Shown here: positions 49,536-62,503 of the stretch, piece by piece
Position numbering within the stretch: the stretch's first letter is position 1
Layout of the letters: every line of letters starts with the position of its first letter
Notes under the pieces: generated by a model
Databases searched by the model: none
What the model was told of the DNA's origin: nothing
Seen by the model: only the letters and a program-made list of their open reading frames with translations
DNA from: Haliotis rufescens
Lineage: Eukaryota
Reading direction: 5' to 3'
Assembly: GCF_023055435.1 (NCBI RefSeq)
Contig: NW_025964334.1
Span: 48,112,001-48,176,000, forward strand
Length of the DNA: 64,000 nt
Made by a program: the position numbers and the translations under genes

Positions 49536-49932
49536 TAGTTCCATTTCTAGCAATTTAGTGCTATTTGAAAAGGAAATATTTCGGGTTTTTTACCCCAGAA
49601 TGCATACAAATTCCTTCAAATAGATAGTTTAATGCAGAGGCAGGTCAGTGTTGAAAAATGTAGATCTAGTGCCATTTGGGGACTGGCGAATTTTCAGCAT
49701 AAATTGAAAAAGTTATTTTCCCCATGCTGGTACTGGTAGTCCTCTTAAATCACGAGATTCATGATTAGCGGGGGTTTGTTTGTTTGGTTTTGTTTTGTTT
49801 TGTTTTTTTTGGGGGGGGGTAGATTGTCCCCGAAATGTATGCCTATAGACTGTTAAAATATGTTATCAGGCTGTTGAAAAAGTTGTTGTTTTTAAATACA
49901 CAAATTATACAAAAAATATGTTTTTGCAAGTT

Positions 49933-51450
49933 GTGTTTTCTTATAAAGAATTCAGGCCCAAAGAAAACACAACTTGCAAAATTAATAGAAAAAAATATCT
50001 GGTTTTGTATCTGATGCTGAAAATATATCTAATCTCAATTCAAAATCCCAGGACTTGCAGCACAACCCACAACCAACACAACATATCTGAACTATGGGGG
50101 AACTGATTCGTGGCGCACGCCTGCGTAGACAGACCAACCCCACATTGTAAACTGGAGGCAGGAACACAAAAAAAACACAAAAAATAGACAGCTCCCCGAA
50201 TTCTTTACGCTTCCAGATTCGTTACATGCCCTGGAAATTGTGGACGGGTCTTGATAGATGTGTCTGAAACTTAAAGATTAAAAGTAAATGAAAAATATAC
50301 AAGCACAAAACATCAAACGAACGAGCGAACAATACCCCGAAGCTATAAAGAGATGTACGGTCGAAGGGAGACACTTGTGACGTTACAAACTTGTTGCCGT
50401 GGTCAAAGGGAGACAATTCAATTGCTGTTGGTCCATGCGGTAAAAGTTTGTGGTCAAAGGGAAGTAATGCTGCTTGGTAATTACTCTGGGTTCCTGTCTA
50501 GCTGAAAGCGCTGAGCTGGCGACGTGTACCAAAAGTGATACCAGTTTACTTGATATTTTCAAAAGGAGTTACGTCCCTTGTTCAAGCTCCCTTCAGGGTC
50601 AACAAGCAAACTTCAGACACTGCGTTGTACTTTATCAAAGGGGAGCAACTGTGTTAAGAAAAAACAATCTGTGTGTTGTGCGCATGTCAAAACTGAATAT
50701 ATACAATGAAATGAGTTTGATAAACATAAGATTTTGTCAATCGACTCATTGATAATACCAATGGAATGATACATGTGCACAAGTCATAATTTGAATGTGG
50801 ATTGTGAATGTACCATTTAATATTTTGTAAATCAGCATTTACATTATACGCCGCTTTTAGCAATATTCCAGCAATATCACGGCGGGGGACACCAGAAATG
50901 GGCTTCACACATTGTACGCATGTCGGGAATCGAACCCGGGTCTTCGGCGTGACGAGCAAACGCTTTAACCACCAGGCTACCCGACCGCCCCCATTAAAGA
51001 AACTAATGTTTCCAATGTCATTTTGACACAAGGAAAGCCATAGGGAATATATAATTTTAACACAAACTATTGGTAGAAAGGGTAAAGGTGTGTTAACGGG
51101 AAGGACATGCTGTTGCGACAATTTTACGAAAAGCGGTTTTAAACTGACTCAAACACCTTGTTTCTAAGATCTTTAATGGAAACAAGGTTTGAAAAAACAA
51201 AACATTTTGCCTTCCAGATGTTCACAGTACTGATTAAATCTGTCCATAACTGCCCTACCATTTCTTTCCGTTTTTTGTGTTTTCTTATAAAGAATTCAGG
51301 CCCAAAGAAAAACACAACTTGCAAACAAAAATAGAAAAAAATATCTGGTTTTGTATCTGATGCTGAAAATATATCTAATCTCAATTCAAAATCCCAGGAC
51401 TTGAAGCACAATCCACAACCAACATAACATATCTGAGCTATGGGGAAACT
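49933..51450. repeat. ~170-bp dispersed direct repeat (49933-50104 and 51277-51450)
   Basis: 'gtgttttcttataaagaattcaggcccaaag...tctga.ctatgggg' occurs twice. Confidence 0.85.
50847..50993 (-). mobile_element. tRNA-derived SINE with intact head
   Basis: Reverse complement reads ggggcggtcgggtagcctggtggttaaagcg (A box) ...gggttcgattccc (B box) ...gatattgctggaatattgctaaaagcggcgta. Confidence 0.85.
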
Positions 51451-52628
51451 GTGAGGGTACCGTGTAATTGTGATCCTACCGGGTACCCATTCGCTGCTGG
51501 GTGAACATCCTCGAACAAAGTTACCTGCCTGAGAAGACATCACATGTGTAACAAATGCTTCGGGTGGGGCAGGGCCGAAGCCCTAGAAACACTCAGGTGT
51601 CAAGCTGTCGAATGTGGTCAGCCATCCAACTGTTCTCCGTGACCGACGTTGCTGTACCACGTTGCCACCACGTGCCCTTTCAAGTTTATAATTTACGTCA
51701 ACACTCTTGATATCACATAGCAGGTAATGTCTAGTCCGGGACACACAGCTAGAGTGAGTGAGTGAGTATGGTTTTACGCCGCTTTTAGCAGTATTCCAGC
51801 AATAGCATGGGGGGGGGGGGGGGGGGCACCAGAAATGTGCTTCACACATTGTACCCATGAACATACTGCTTGTTTGTTTCTTTGTTGTTTAACGCCGCAC
51901 TCAGCAATATTCCAGCCATATGACGGCGGTCTGTAAATAATCGATTCTGAACCAGACAATCCAGTGATTGACATCAAAAACATCGATCTACGCAATTGGG
52001 ATACCATGACATCATGCATCAACCAAGTCAGCGAGTCTGACCTCCCGGACCCGTTGGTCGCCTCTTACGACAAGCATGGGTTGCCGAAGACCTATTCTCT
52101 ACCCGGATCTTCACGGGTCCAAAAAGCTAGAAGCAGACACATAAAAACGTATTTATAGCATTCACGAACATACTGACAGGAAAGCATGGTTACTTTGTAA
52201 TCAACACAAATCGAAGCAATAGTAACTCTTATCCGTTGGGACTGCGTTCAGGCTACGCAAACGGAAATGCCTAATTAAAGATATTCATTGATTCATTCAA
52301 AAAGGCTTGAAGACCTAAAGTAACACGTGGTCTAAATACGTCACAATGCACACGTTAACTGGGTGATGCGAAGGGGGGTTTGGAGCAAAATACAGCAAAT
52401 CACGCAGATCCCAACAAATGGTCACACACTGCCTGACTTACTCGGGATGGCTCCATTTACTCTCAGTGGATTCTTATCATTACGAAGCTAACTTTATGGG
52501 GGACAGTGTCTTAAAAAATGTTTGTTATTTGTGTGGCTTTTTTCAATTTTAATGTGTACATTTTCCATGGTTTGGTTGCTCTGTGTTGGTTTTCCTTGGT
52601 AGGCCTCACGAGTGCAATTAATCAAATA

Positions 52629-53429
52629 CAGTAGACTCTGCGTAATCCGACATCTGTCGAAAGCAACATTCTGTCTAATCAGACACAGCCCTGCGTTGTC
52701 ATAAAAAATTACACTGTGAAATCCGACATCTGTCTATTGCGAATTCCGACCCTGTTTTGTGGCCCCCATGAGCAAATCCACGCTCTGTAATCCGACATCA
52801 AAACAAGACCAACGACCTTCAATAAACACTCAATTGTAGCCGCGGAGGATTTGTACATGTATTTAGTAAACAACCTTCAATAAACACTCAATTGGGATCG
52901 TGGAGGATTTGTACATGCAATTGTAAACAACCTTCAATAAACACTCAATTGTAGCCGTGGGGGATCTGTACATGTATTTAGTAAACAACCTTCAATAAAC
53001 ACCCAACTGTAATCGTGGGGGATTTGTACATGTATTTAGTAAACAACCTTCAATAAACACTCATTTGGGATCGTGGGGGATGTGTACATGCATTTGTAAA
53101 CAACCTTCAATAAACACTCAATTGTAGTCGTAGAGGATTTGTACATGTATTTAGTAAACAACCTTCAATAAACACTCAATTGGGGTCGTGGGGGGATGTG
53201 TACATGTTTTCAGTAAACAATATTCAATAAACATTCAATTAAAGCTTAACAAGGATAATCTACATTGGACAAAGTAACTGTTGATGTTTGGTAAAACACG
53301 AGGGTTAATCTTTAATTATTTCCTTAATTAAGTGATAGTCTGGATTTCAGACTGAGTGAATCATTGAGAACAATCTAATCCGACATTTCCCTCGGCCCCG
53401 AGCAGTGACGGGTTACACAGAGTGTACTG
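52629..53429. mobile_element. Tc1/mariner-pogo type non-autonomous element carrying a 57-59-bp tandem array
   Basis: TA|CAGTAGACTCTGCGTAATCCG ... CGGGTTACACAGAGTGTACTG|TA, subterminal 'atccgac' motifs, and an internal array at ~52812-53240 (7 full units plus a partial). Confidence 0.85.
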
Positions 53430-53469
53430 TAATGTATATTTGGATATTTTTCAGCATGAACTGCCCCAG

Positions 53470-54300
53470 CGATTATGGACATATCAAACAACAGGCTTTT
53501 CTTAAAGACTTGTGAAGCTTGCCACGGAGAATATAGGGAATAGCAGAGTTATCGATCGTTGCTGTCAGCAGGTGCTCGTTTACAGACACGAGAGGGCGCT
53601 TTAACCGAAGGACGCTTCCTGTTAACAAATTAGCAAGGATTCGTCTGCACGGAAGCATAATTTGGTTCTGAAAATGTCCATTTAGATATTTTTGGCTGTC
53701 TGGGGTGTATTGGAATAAAAAAGCTCTTATCACATATGCCCATTTGAATTGAAAACCAAAACGAGTGTTATTTTTTGCCCACTTCCAGAAGATTCTCGGA
53801 AAAGACTGTAAAGTGGTCGGTGTTTGTTTTGATTGTCGAACAATACATTGACTTCTCTGCTTTCACCAGAACAGATAATATGGACAAGGCTGCCAGAGCT
53901 GTTAGAAGGTATATATAAATATGTTTTTCATCCATGTGGTAGTCTTCCTATGGCTGTTTGTTTTCAGCGTAGTGCTTTGTTGGAATTCTCATGTAGGAAG
54001 GACGATGGACATTGTTGACATACTCCGGTCGCTTTTGCGATGACGTTTAGAATACCTGTAGTGACAGGTGTTTTGCTAATCATGTCAGAATTTGTACGAC
54101 TTTTTCTAGTATTATGGCGATAAGACCACAGTTGAAAAATGTACGTAATCGCGTCAATGGATTGTAACATAACACTTGATGTCCAGATACACATATCTCA
54201 GATCTGTTATATTCGTGTATCCATACAGGACGTGTGGGAGTCTAAGCAGTACACACCGTGATTCTGAAGTGCTGCAGCATTCATCGTATTGATGATAATG
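53470..54300 (-). mobile_element. Highly decayed RTE-like LINE RT remnant
   Basis: Fragments such as PVTTGIL and QKYL...LLTATID...LHKSL loosely match RTE RT motifs. Confidence 0.35.
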
Positions 54301-55975
54301 ACTTTGAAAACATGTGGTCAAATGAATACGATGTTATATTGTCCTTTATGCTTGGAGGGTATATTGATTACCATCCCTTCAGGATTGGGAAGTAATGCAT
54401 GTTATTACTCTCAAAATATCTATTAATAGAGATATGTCTTCTCGTCACATGTGAAGATCCCCATACTTGCTGTAAAAGGCGACTATGCTTATCGTAAGAG
54501 GTGACTAATGGGATGGGGTGGTTAGTTGACAAACAACTCTCCATACTTGAAAAGTAATGAAGCGTTCCAACAATAGAATGACGGCACAGATGGGTTTAAA
54601 ATCTGTTCCTGAGTTGTTTCTGGTGTTAACATACCTAAAATTGTAATCTTCAGTATTGGAGGAAATAAAGACAATCAAACACTCCAGCAGGGGTGTACTG
54701 TACCAGCTATTACATTACAAATGTGAAATCTCATTGCATAATCCAAATGGGACAAACTTAAATTAAACAATTGTCTTGTCATGAACATGGAAAATTTCAA
54801 CATAATTGTTGCCAATTGTGTTATATAATAGGTATTGTATCGTGATTCAACATACTCAAGTATTATGTACATGATTATGATTTTGAGGAGATGGTGTGGT
54901 AGGCATATTGGGACACCTCTAGTGTAGTGCTAACATTTCCTGACAAGAGTCAATTTTGCTCATGATCTTTGGAATTTGTGCAACATGAAAAGAGGTTGTG
55001 ATGTTGGAAAAGAATATTGGCAACAACTGGTCCTTGGCTATACTTGGTTGCCAGCCAGTGCATGTTTCAATATAGGTAGAGTTTCAATTTCTTACATCAT
55101 GTATATTTGAGTAATCCATGGTTGAAAATGAAACACTTGGTACCCATGCAGGCCTGGCTAAGGATAGGTCTTCATCAACCCATGCTTGCCGTAAGAGGCG
55201 ACTATGCTTGTAGTGACAGGTGGCTAACAGGATCGAGTGGTCGGTTCGGTGACTTGGTTGATGCATGTCATCATGCCACAATTGCCTAGATCGATGCTCA
55301 TGACATCAATCCCCGGATTGTCTGGTCCAGACTCGCAGTCCTCCATCTGTCAGGCCGAGTACAGTGAAGTGTGAGACAAATACTAGAACTTGAGAACATT
55401 TCTGGCCTGAACAATCATGTGTTTTCATAGTAAATTCAGAACATGCTGAATGGGATAGATGTATTTTGTACAGCAGGTTGTGATGGTAATGTGGGGTTAA
55501 TTTTTGTAATCCTTTTTCCACCGTCAGTATGTTGAAAGACTACTGTTATTTAAAGTTACACTGTGTTTGGGGATGATGAAGTTCTTGTATTAAACTCAGT
55601 GCATACACTGACCCTCAGCATGATAAGACTCTCATATCATTGTTCAGCAGTTATTTACAGAACTTCTGAAAGTCAAGGTAGACACTCAGACCAATACATG
55701 GCTCAATGACTCTCTATAAGTTGAGATGGGTATATGTTTTTTCACCAATACTCTCACCCTCTTCAACTGCATCTTTTAGTGATGGCAGGGCTTTGAACAT
55801 GGTCTAAAAATATGGATGCGTTACATTAATTATGGATGAATAAGCCTGATAAGGCTATCCTAGTTTGCCTGGAAACTTTGAGCAAGAAAATCATGGGCAT
55901 GTGGACATTCCAAACTTTAACTGTGTTTCTTGTCTAACTTCTAATCCTGCTGATAGAAACATCAGTTAATAGAAT

Positions 55976-56049
55976 ATGGATGCTGTGGCTGAATTATCAA
56001 TAAGGATTCAAACGTCCCTTCGATGCTCTTCATACAAACTCTTTAATGA
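55976..56049 (+). CDS. Probable first coding exon of the Pil1/Lsp1-like BAR gene (MDAVAELSIRIQTSLRCSSYKLFN-E)
   Basis: ATG at 55976 and GTATGT donor at 56050. It ends in phase 2, matching the next exon. Confidence 0.55.
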
Positions 56050-57708
56050 GTATGTAACATGTTTTGTAAATAATATCATCCTATGTGTTTCTTTATTTTT
56101 TATATTCGTTCATGGGTATGATTTAGAGAATTATGTTTCAGGCATGTTTCTGAGTGGGCTATTTATGTTAAACTGCAGCATGGTATCGCAGTGAGCTAGC
56201 ACATGAAAAACACACATAACTTCGGATTAGTGATAAGCAGCCATGCACACACATGCAGGCAAATCTATCTATTTGCCTATTTATGCTATGTTTAACTTTC
56301 TGTTTTCTGTCATTTGTTTCCAAATTGCGCACTAATCATGCTCATATGTTGAGGTCCAGGTGTCATTGGCATAATTAATTTCTTGGCATCATATAACAAT
56401 ATTTAGGCAATGTTTTTGTATTACCTGGTTAAGGGATCCGCCAACTCTAAATTTTACACATGTGGAATAAAATTGAAATTATTATTTTTTCTTCCCCCTT
56501 TTCTTTAAAAATAGCATGAGCCCATCTTTTATAAGGCATAACTCAACTGGTATAAAAGAGTATGTGCAGAATTATTTAAACTTTCCCCACTGGTTTGGTA
56601 GTTGTGGTTTTTTTCTTTTGTAGTTGTGTATTATTTTGCTTACCATTAAAAAATAAGGCCTGGAGGTGGTCCTTGGGTTTTGTGCTGTAAGTGTTTAGTC
56701 TAAGGGCCTCAAATCTTTAATTTTCAAAATTGTAGTTATCAGGTTATGACAACTTATGTATTATACCACAGTGATTAATCTACCATTCTCATTGGTCGGT
56801 ATTCTAACAATGGCTTTGGAAAACATGGTATTGATCTGGTAGAGTTCCTGAAATTGAAATTCTTGATCATTATACAACGGTTCTGAATACCTTGGAGTAA
56901 TGTTTAATTTTTGGCAAACATGGAAATGAGCCTTGTCTATCACATCTGCCCGAGGCAAGAGAGTTAACAGACTATAGACGTCCAGTTTCCCCCCTTGCCG
57001 AACTAGGCTGGTATTATTGAGTTACATTTTGGTTGGACTAATGAGTCTTATGCATAGTCCAATCAAAATCGTGCAATGAAATCAAAATGCTGTTCCTAAA
57101 CTCTGATTTTGGTTGATTGCAGGATTTGCAAAGCATGTGCACCGCCAACTCGTTGTCAACACATATTTCTCAAATCTTTTCATGTTTTTAATCTAGGCGC
57201 TCATGTGATTTGATGCACTTCCCAATGTAAGACCTGTTTTATCACAGAACAGATCTTGATTATTGATCAGATTGTCTTGACTGGGCACCGAGGTGGAATC
57301 TGATTGGTCCATAGGAGAGGCATAGAAGGGACATAACTTGTAATAGCCAGTTCGGCAGGGGTGGAAACTGGACTTTTAAAGTCAGTTGACTCACTTGCCT
57401 CGGGAAGATGTGTATATCACTAGAAATGAGAAAGGGCTTTAATACCAATTTTCAAGTTTTAAGAAATGAGGGATAGTTAGTATTATGGAAATATTTGTGA
57501 ACACTAGTGAAGTATCTAACTAACAGGGCTAGTATCAGCTTGATTGGTATTAGGACATGTATGCTGCATACTTTACCAAAACACCTTTGCACGTTTATGT
57601 TGTAAAGGGTAGTAGACTGAAGATGCTTTATCAAATCAGTGTTGGAAAATGATGCTGTAGACAATGATAAATACATTATCAAATTATTCTTTGTTTGATT
57701 ATTTTCAG

Positions 57709-57824
57709 GAGTAGTGTTAAGTTGCTTTCTCTGAATGGAGGTCATGCTGACCTGAATGTGCTCATATCTGAGGTGAAGGACATGCGGAATACAGCCAAGG
57801 CTTTCATGAATGCCCAGTCAGCTG
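57709..57824 (+). CDS. Exon of Pil1/Lsp1-like gene (SSVKLLSLNGGHADLNVLISEVKDMRNTAKAFMNAQSA)
   Basis: attttcag acceptor, GTAGGT donor, phases 2/1. Confidence 0.8.
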
Positions 57825-58446
57825 GTAGGTACACCCAGGAAGCCCTAGACACTGTGTAGACAGCACTACCCATGGAGATCTGGGTTAGAACTGCTCCTCG
57901 GCAACCCATTCTGTTTATAAGAGGCGCCAACGGGATTGGATGGTCAGACTCACCAACTTGGTTGATGCATGTCATTGTACCACAATTGCATAGATCGATG
58001 CTCATAATGTCATTCGAGTCTGGACCATACAATCCAGTGATGGACATCATGAGCATCGATCCCAGCAATCGGGATACGATGACATGCATCAACCAAGTCA
58101 GCGAGTCTGGCCACCCGATCTCGTTAGTCGCCTCTTTCGACAAGCATAGTCGCCTGTTACGGCAATCATGGGTTGCTGAAGACCTATTCTACGCCAGATC
58201 TTCACGGGTCCTAAGCATACCGTAAGTTTGTAGTGATCATGGTCATTATTCACATTTTATACATGACAATCAAGAGTTATCTTTGTCCAGATTGTCTGAT
58301 ATCACATTTGTGATAATTGTAAATATTACTGGGAAAGTGAGAGGCCAGGTTTCGATATTACTTAATGATTGTAGTTCAACTTGACTTTTAGCAAACAGTT
58401 ATTTATTAATGATGAACCAATTTGAGAATGACATGTTTTGTTGTAG

Positions 58447-58499
58447 CTTCACAAGATCTCCTGAAATGGACTGCACATGAAGACAATCGTGCTATACAG
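58447..58499 (+). CDS. Exon of Pil1/Lsp1-like gene (ASQDLLKWTAHEDNRAIQ)
   Basis: ttgttgtag acceptor, GTAGGC donor, phases 1/0. Confidence 0.8.
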
Positions 58500-59245
58500 G
58501 TAGGCAGCATTTGCAATCCAGTGACATCATGCTGGAGAAAAACATGGCTCCCCTGAATGCTTTTGTTGTGAGGCAACTTGGGGCACCGGTGGCCAAGTCG
58601 TCTTAGGCACCGCAATTCACTGTGCAGAGTTGCATCCCTTGGGCATGCCAGGAACCTATGATCGTGGTTCAAATCCCAGTTCTCCCTGATTATGTTCCTA
58701 GGTTTGTCAGCACCATACCCGTGCTTGTGGGTTTCACTAAAGTTGTAAACATCTAAGACCTGCATTACTTTGGGCTTGCATCAAGCTGTCATGCTGTGAT
58801 ATCACTGGAATACTGTTCAAAGCATCTGCATCACCATGTCTGTGAATTGCTCGGTGATGAGTGATCACAGTCACTTTCAGACTTCAATATGAATAAGAAA
58901 GAGCCTTTGTTTTGGGGACCCAACCAACCCTGCCGAAAAAGTTTTTTGTCAGTATATACACATAAATCTTGGGATTACAAAACGTCTATTACTCCAGAGC
59001 AGTAAATCTTGTATACTGTCATTAGATCATAAAATCTTTAGATTTTCAACAGAAGTCCTCTTCACTGTCAACCATCCATGATTAGTTGTGCCACTAATGA
59101 TATCTCCCTTCCCAAGCCTCTAGTGCATGTGCCAGGTGGGATACCCCACTTCTTTCCAACATCTACACCTAGATGCAGAATATTGGGGGTCTCAATTTAA
59201 GGAACTGGAGTTGAGCTGCACCAGGTGCATGTTGACATGAAAAGC

Positions 59246-59340
59246 TGGTTGCACCAGACTAAACAAGGTTGCACCAGACTAAACCAGGTTGCACCAGAAT
59301 AAACCAGGTTGCACCAGAACAAACCAGGTTGCACCCTGGT
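59246..59340. repeat. 20-bp tandem repeat (ggttgcaccagactaaacca), ~5 units
   Basis: Read directly from the sequence. Confidence 0.9.
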
Positions 59341-59752
59341 ACCATTAATTTATCAAAGTTGAAACACAGACGCATAAACTAGTCTAAATAAGCAAAATCT
59401 CAGATTTATGATGACTGTGTAATGTGTCATGAATTACACATAGTGCGATATTGACTGTGTTCAAAGGTTGATGTGTGGACAAGTTAGAGGTAGTCAAATT
59501 CTCAAATATGAATATTTTGGACATGCACTTATGTATGTCGACATAAATATTGGGTTGCATTTTTCAATAATAGATTGCATTGATGCATGTTTTATATTGC
59601 TTAATTGAGCCGTTTAACTAGATGAAGAATATTGGAGAAGGGAAGGGGGGATTACTCCAGACGTATTAAAGTTATTCTTTGAACTAATAACAATGACAAC
59701 TATTGTTTGATGATTCTTAAAATACAAACCTCTATAACATCATTGCCAAAAT

Positions 59753-60638
59753 ATACCCGAGGGATCGCTGGGTTCTGACATCTAGTAAAACCTTGGATAC
59801 CCGAGGGATCGCTGGGTTCTGACATCTAGTAATACCTTGGATACCCGAGGGATCGCTGGGTTCTGACATCTAGTAAAACCTTGGATACCCGAGGGATTGC
59901 TGGGTTCTGACATCTAGTAATACCTTGGATACCCGAGGGATTGCTCGGTTCTGACATCTAGTAATACCTTGGATACCCGAGGGATCGCTGGGTTCTGACA
60001 TCTAGTAAAACCTTGGATACCCGAGGGATCGCTGGGTTCTGACATCTAGTAATACCTTGGATACCCGAGGGATTGCTGGGTTCTGACATCTAGTAATACC
60101 TTGGATACCCGAGGGATTGCTGGGTTCTGACATCTAGTAATACCTTGGATACCCGAGGGATTGCTGGGTTCTGACATCTAGTAATACCTTGGATACCCGA
60201 GGGATCGCTGGGTTCTGACATCTAGTAAAACCTTGGATACCCGAGGGATCGCTGGGTTCTGACATCTAGTAATACCTTGGATACCCGAGGGATTGCTGGG
60301 TTCTGACATCTAGTAATACCTTGGATACCCGAGGGATTGCTGGGTTCTGACATCTAGTAAAACCTTGGATACCCGAGGGATCGCTGGGTTCTGACATCTA
60401 GTAATACCTTGGATACCCGAGGGATTGCTGGGTTCTGACATCTAGTAATACCTTGGATACCCGAGGGATTGCTCGGTTCTGACATCTAGTAAATACCTTG
60501 GATACCCGAGGGATTGCTTGGTTCTAACATCTAGTAATACCTTGGATACCCGAGGGATTGCTCGGTTCTGACATCTAGTAAATACCCTGGATACCCGAGG
60601 GATTGCTCCGTTCTGACATCTAGTAAATACCTTGGATA
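59753..60638. repeat. 44-bp minisatellite, ~20 units, intronic
   Basis: Unit gatacccgagggat(c/t)gctgggttctgacatctagtaa(t/a)accttg, with no spacers. Confidence 0.98.
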
Positions 60639-60721
60639 GTTAGGAGACCCTCACCTTCCTGACTTCCATCCAACTTGGGACTCTTCCCTCATGGTCACAA
60701 TGCGCCATTTTGTGTTGTCAG

Positions 60722-60785
60722 GATGTTGCCAACCAGCTGGCTGAACTCAATCTAGTATGGACAGAAGTACAACGAGAATTTATTG
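60722..60785 (+). CDS. Exon of Pil1/Lsp1-like gene (DVANQLAELNLVWTEVQREFI)
   Basis: ttgtcag acceptor, GTGGGT donor, phases 0/1. Confidence 0.8.
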
Positions 60786-61123
60786 GTGGGTACACATTTT
60801 CAAAACATTTACCGTTTGTTGCAGCCATTTTCCATTCCAGCTCTCAACGTGTGCGCCTAAAGTATTAACAATATCATCGGGGTAGAATAGGTCTTCAGCA
60901 ACCCATGCTTGCCGTAAAAGGCAAGTAACAGGTTTAGGTGGTCTGGCTCGCTGACTTGGTTGATGCACGTCATCAAATCCCAATCACAGAGATGAAAGTC
61001 CATGATGTGTCTGGTCCAGACTTGTTTGTTTACAGACTATTGTGATATAGCTGGAATATTGCTGAGTGCTGTGTTATACAACAAGCCAACAATCAATAAG
61101 ATGTGAAATGACCTATTTTGCAG

Positions 61124-61203
61124 AGCACATCAAGGAGTACAAACATATGTATGAGATGGTCCTGGAGGGAGAGAAGCATGTTGCCCATGCCAAAACCAAC
61201 TTT
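61124..61203 (+). CDS. Exon of Pil1/Lsp1-like gene (EHIKEYKHMYEMVLEGEKHVAHAKTNF)
   Basis: ttttgcag acceptor, GTAAGT donor, phases 1/0. Confidence 0.82.
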
Positions 61204-62027
61204 GTAAGTTACGTCTGTCGTAATTTATCTTGTCTTCAAGATGTATTCTTTTTTGTAAAGTCTGGGGCCCTAAGCCTCACAGCGATCTTTGCGCTAAGAT
61301 GATCGTATCTCCCATACTAGGTTTATTATTGTAATAGAACTAAGATCACTTTGTGAAACAGACCCTGGATTGGTTGGAAGGTAGGAGAAAAACAAATATA
61401 AAAGACATTTTTATATTTGTGTCTGTTCTTCAAAACATTATCTGAATATATTGTATCGCCATGTTTGTCAGGTCTGCAGTACTCATAGTGTGCACATTTA
61501 CATTTGGTCAGCACGCATGTCTGCATTCAAAAAATATTTTGTGTATATTTAACTGCTTTCCCAAATGTTATTAGTGTCAGTGGAATGGTAAGCCCATTTC
61601 TTTTGAAGTATTCTACTTATGGTCTTACTGATAAGTTTTTGGCAGACGTATCATCAGGATAAATATTGTGATGTAACCAATTCATATCAAATAATATGAT
61701 GAGTAAAAAAGCAGTAGTTGTTTCAGCACTGGTAGGCACTGAGAGTCAGAAGGTATTCAAATGTACTAGAACCAGTACCGTATTCAACATAATAAGCGCC
61801 CACAGGGATATTTGCTAATATATATTGCCAAGTGAAGAATCCCAATTAGCACCCCTTCCGATTGATCAGTGTACATAACACTTATTGAATCGTGTATAAT
61901 ACGCACTCGTGTGTTATATGCACCCTTAATTATTACGTCGAATACGGTGTTTAATATTTCATAAGCAGTACCGTTTTCCTGTGTTGTCGTGTCCAGTTTG
62001 TAGTAAATATACATGCCTCTCTCCCAG

Positions 62028-62084
62028 GCTTCGTGTGAGCAGCGTGAGGTGAAGATTAGGAAGGAATTAAAGAAGGCCTTCAAG
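62028..62084 (+). CDS. Exon of Pil1/Lsp1-like gene (ASCEQREVKIRKELKKAFK); no stop reached, so the gene continues downstream
   Basis: ctctctcccag acceptor, GTAGGC donor, phases 0/0. Confidence 0.8.
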
Positions 62085-62154
62085 GTAGGCAATGGGAAGT
62101 GGGTCATTGTTGACAGAACTTCTTGTCACAGGCTTCAGTCAACACTATTGACAC

Positions 62155-62503
62155 TAGGGGTGAAATGATGCATCGGTGCACCAGTGCATCGGGAGTTTTC
62201 AGGTGACGATACAATACACTATACGTCTTTCTCTGTATCGATATAAGAAATACACTTGCTGAAATAATACCCCTGGCATTTTAGCCCGTCAGATATAGGA
62301 AAATGTATTGGAATTAGCGTTTCAAGTTCACTACGAAAATAGCCATTGCGAACATGTGTCTACAGCTAGCTTTTCCTTTTGAACCTGCTCTGAAATATTT
62401 ATTGTCAAAAAGTTTCCATTCGATTTGATGTAAATATGTGTATCGCTACACGTATCATATCGTCACCTATGTATCATGACCTTGATGTATAGTTTCACCC
62501 CTA
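62155..62503. mobile_element. hAT-type MITE
   Basis: TIR TAGGGGTGAAA...TTTCACCCCTA with 8-bp TSD attgacac / attgatac. Confidence 0.85.

Noticed and set aside
50925-50993. tRNA-Asp-like gene (and the tRNA-like head at ~19275-19345)
   Set aside because: These are SINE heads followed by SINE body and tail, with no proper acceptor stem.
52432-52470. Possible minus-strand micro-exon ATGGAGCCATCCCGA|GTAAGT
   Set aside because: No supporting downstream exons could be identified, and it is too short to distinguish from chance.
52812-53240. Repeat with a variable middle that superficially resembles a repeat-spacer array
   Set aside because: The variable parts are point variants of one sequence, so this is a tandem satellite within a MITE.
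59753-60638. Possible CRISPR array
   Set aside because: Contiguous units with no unique spacers, no cas genes, and a eukaryotic intronic context.
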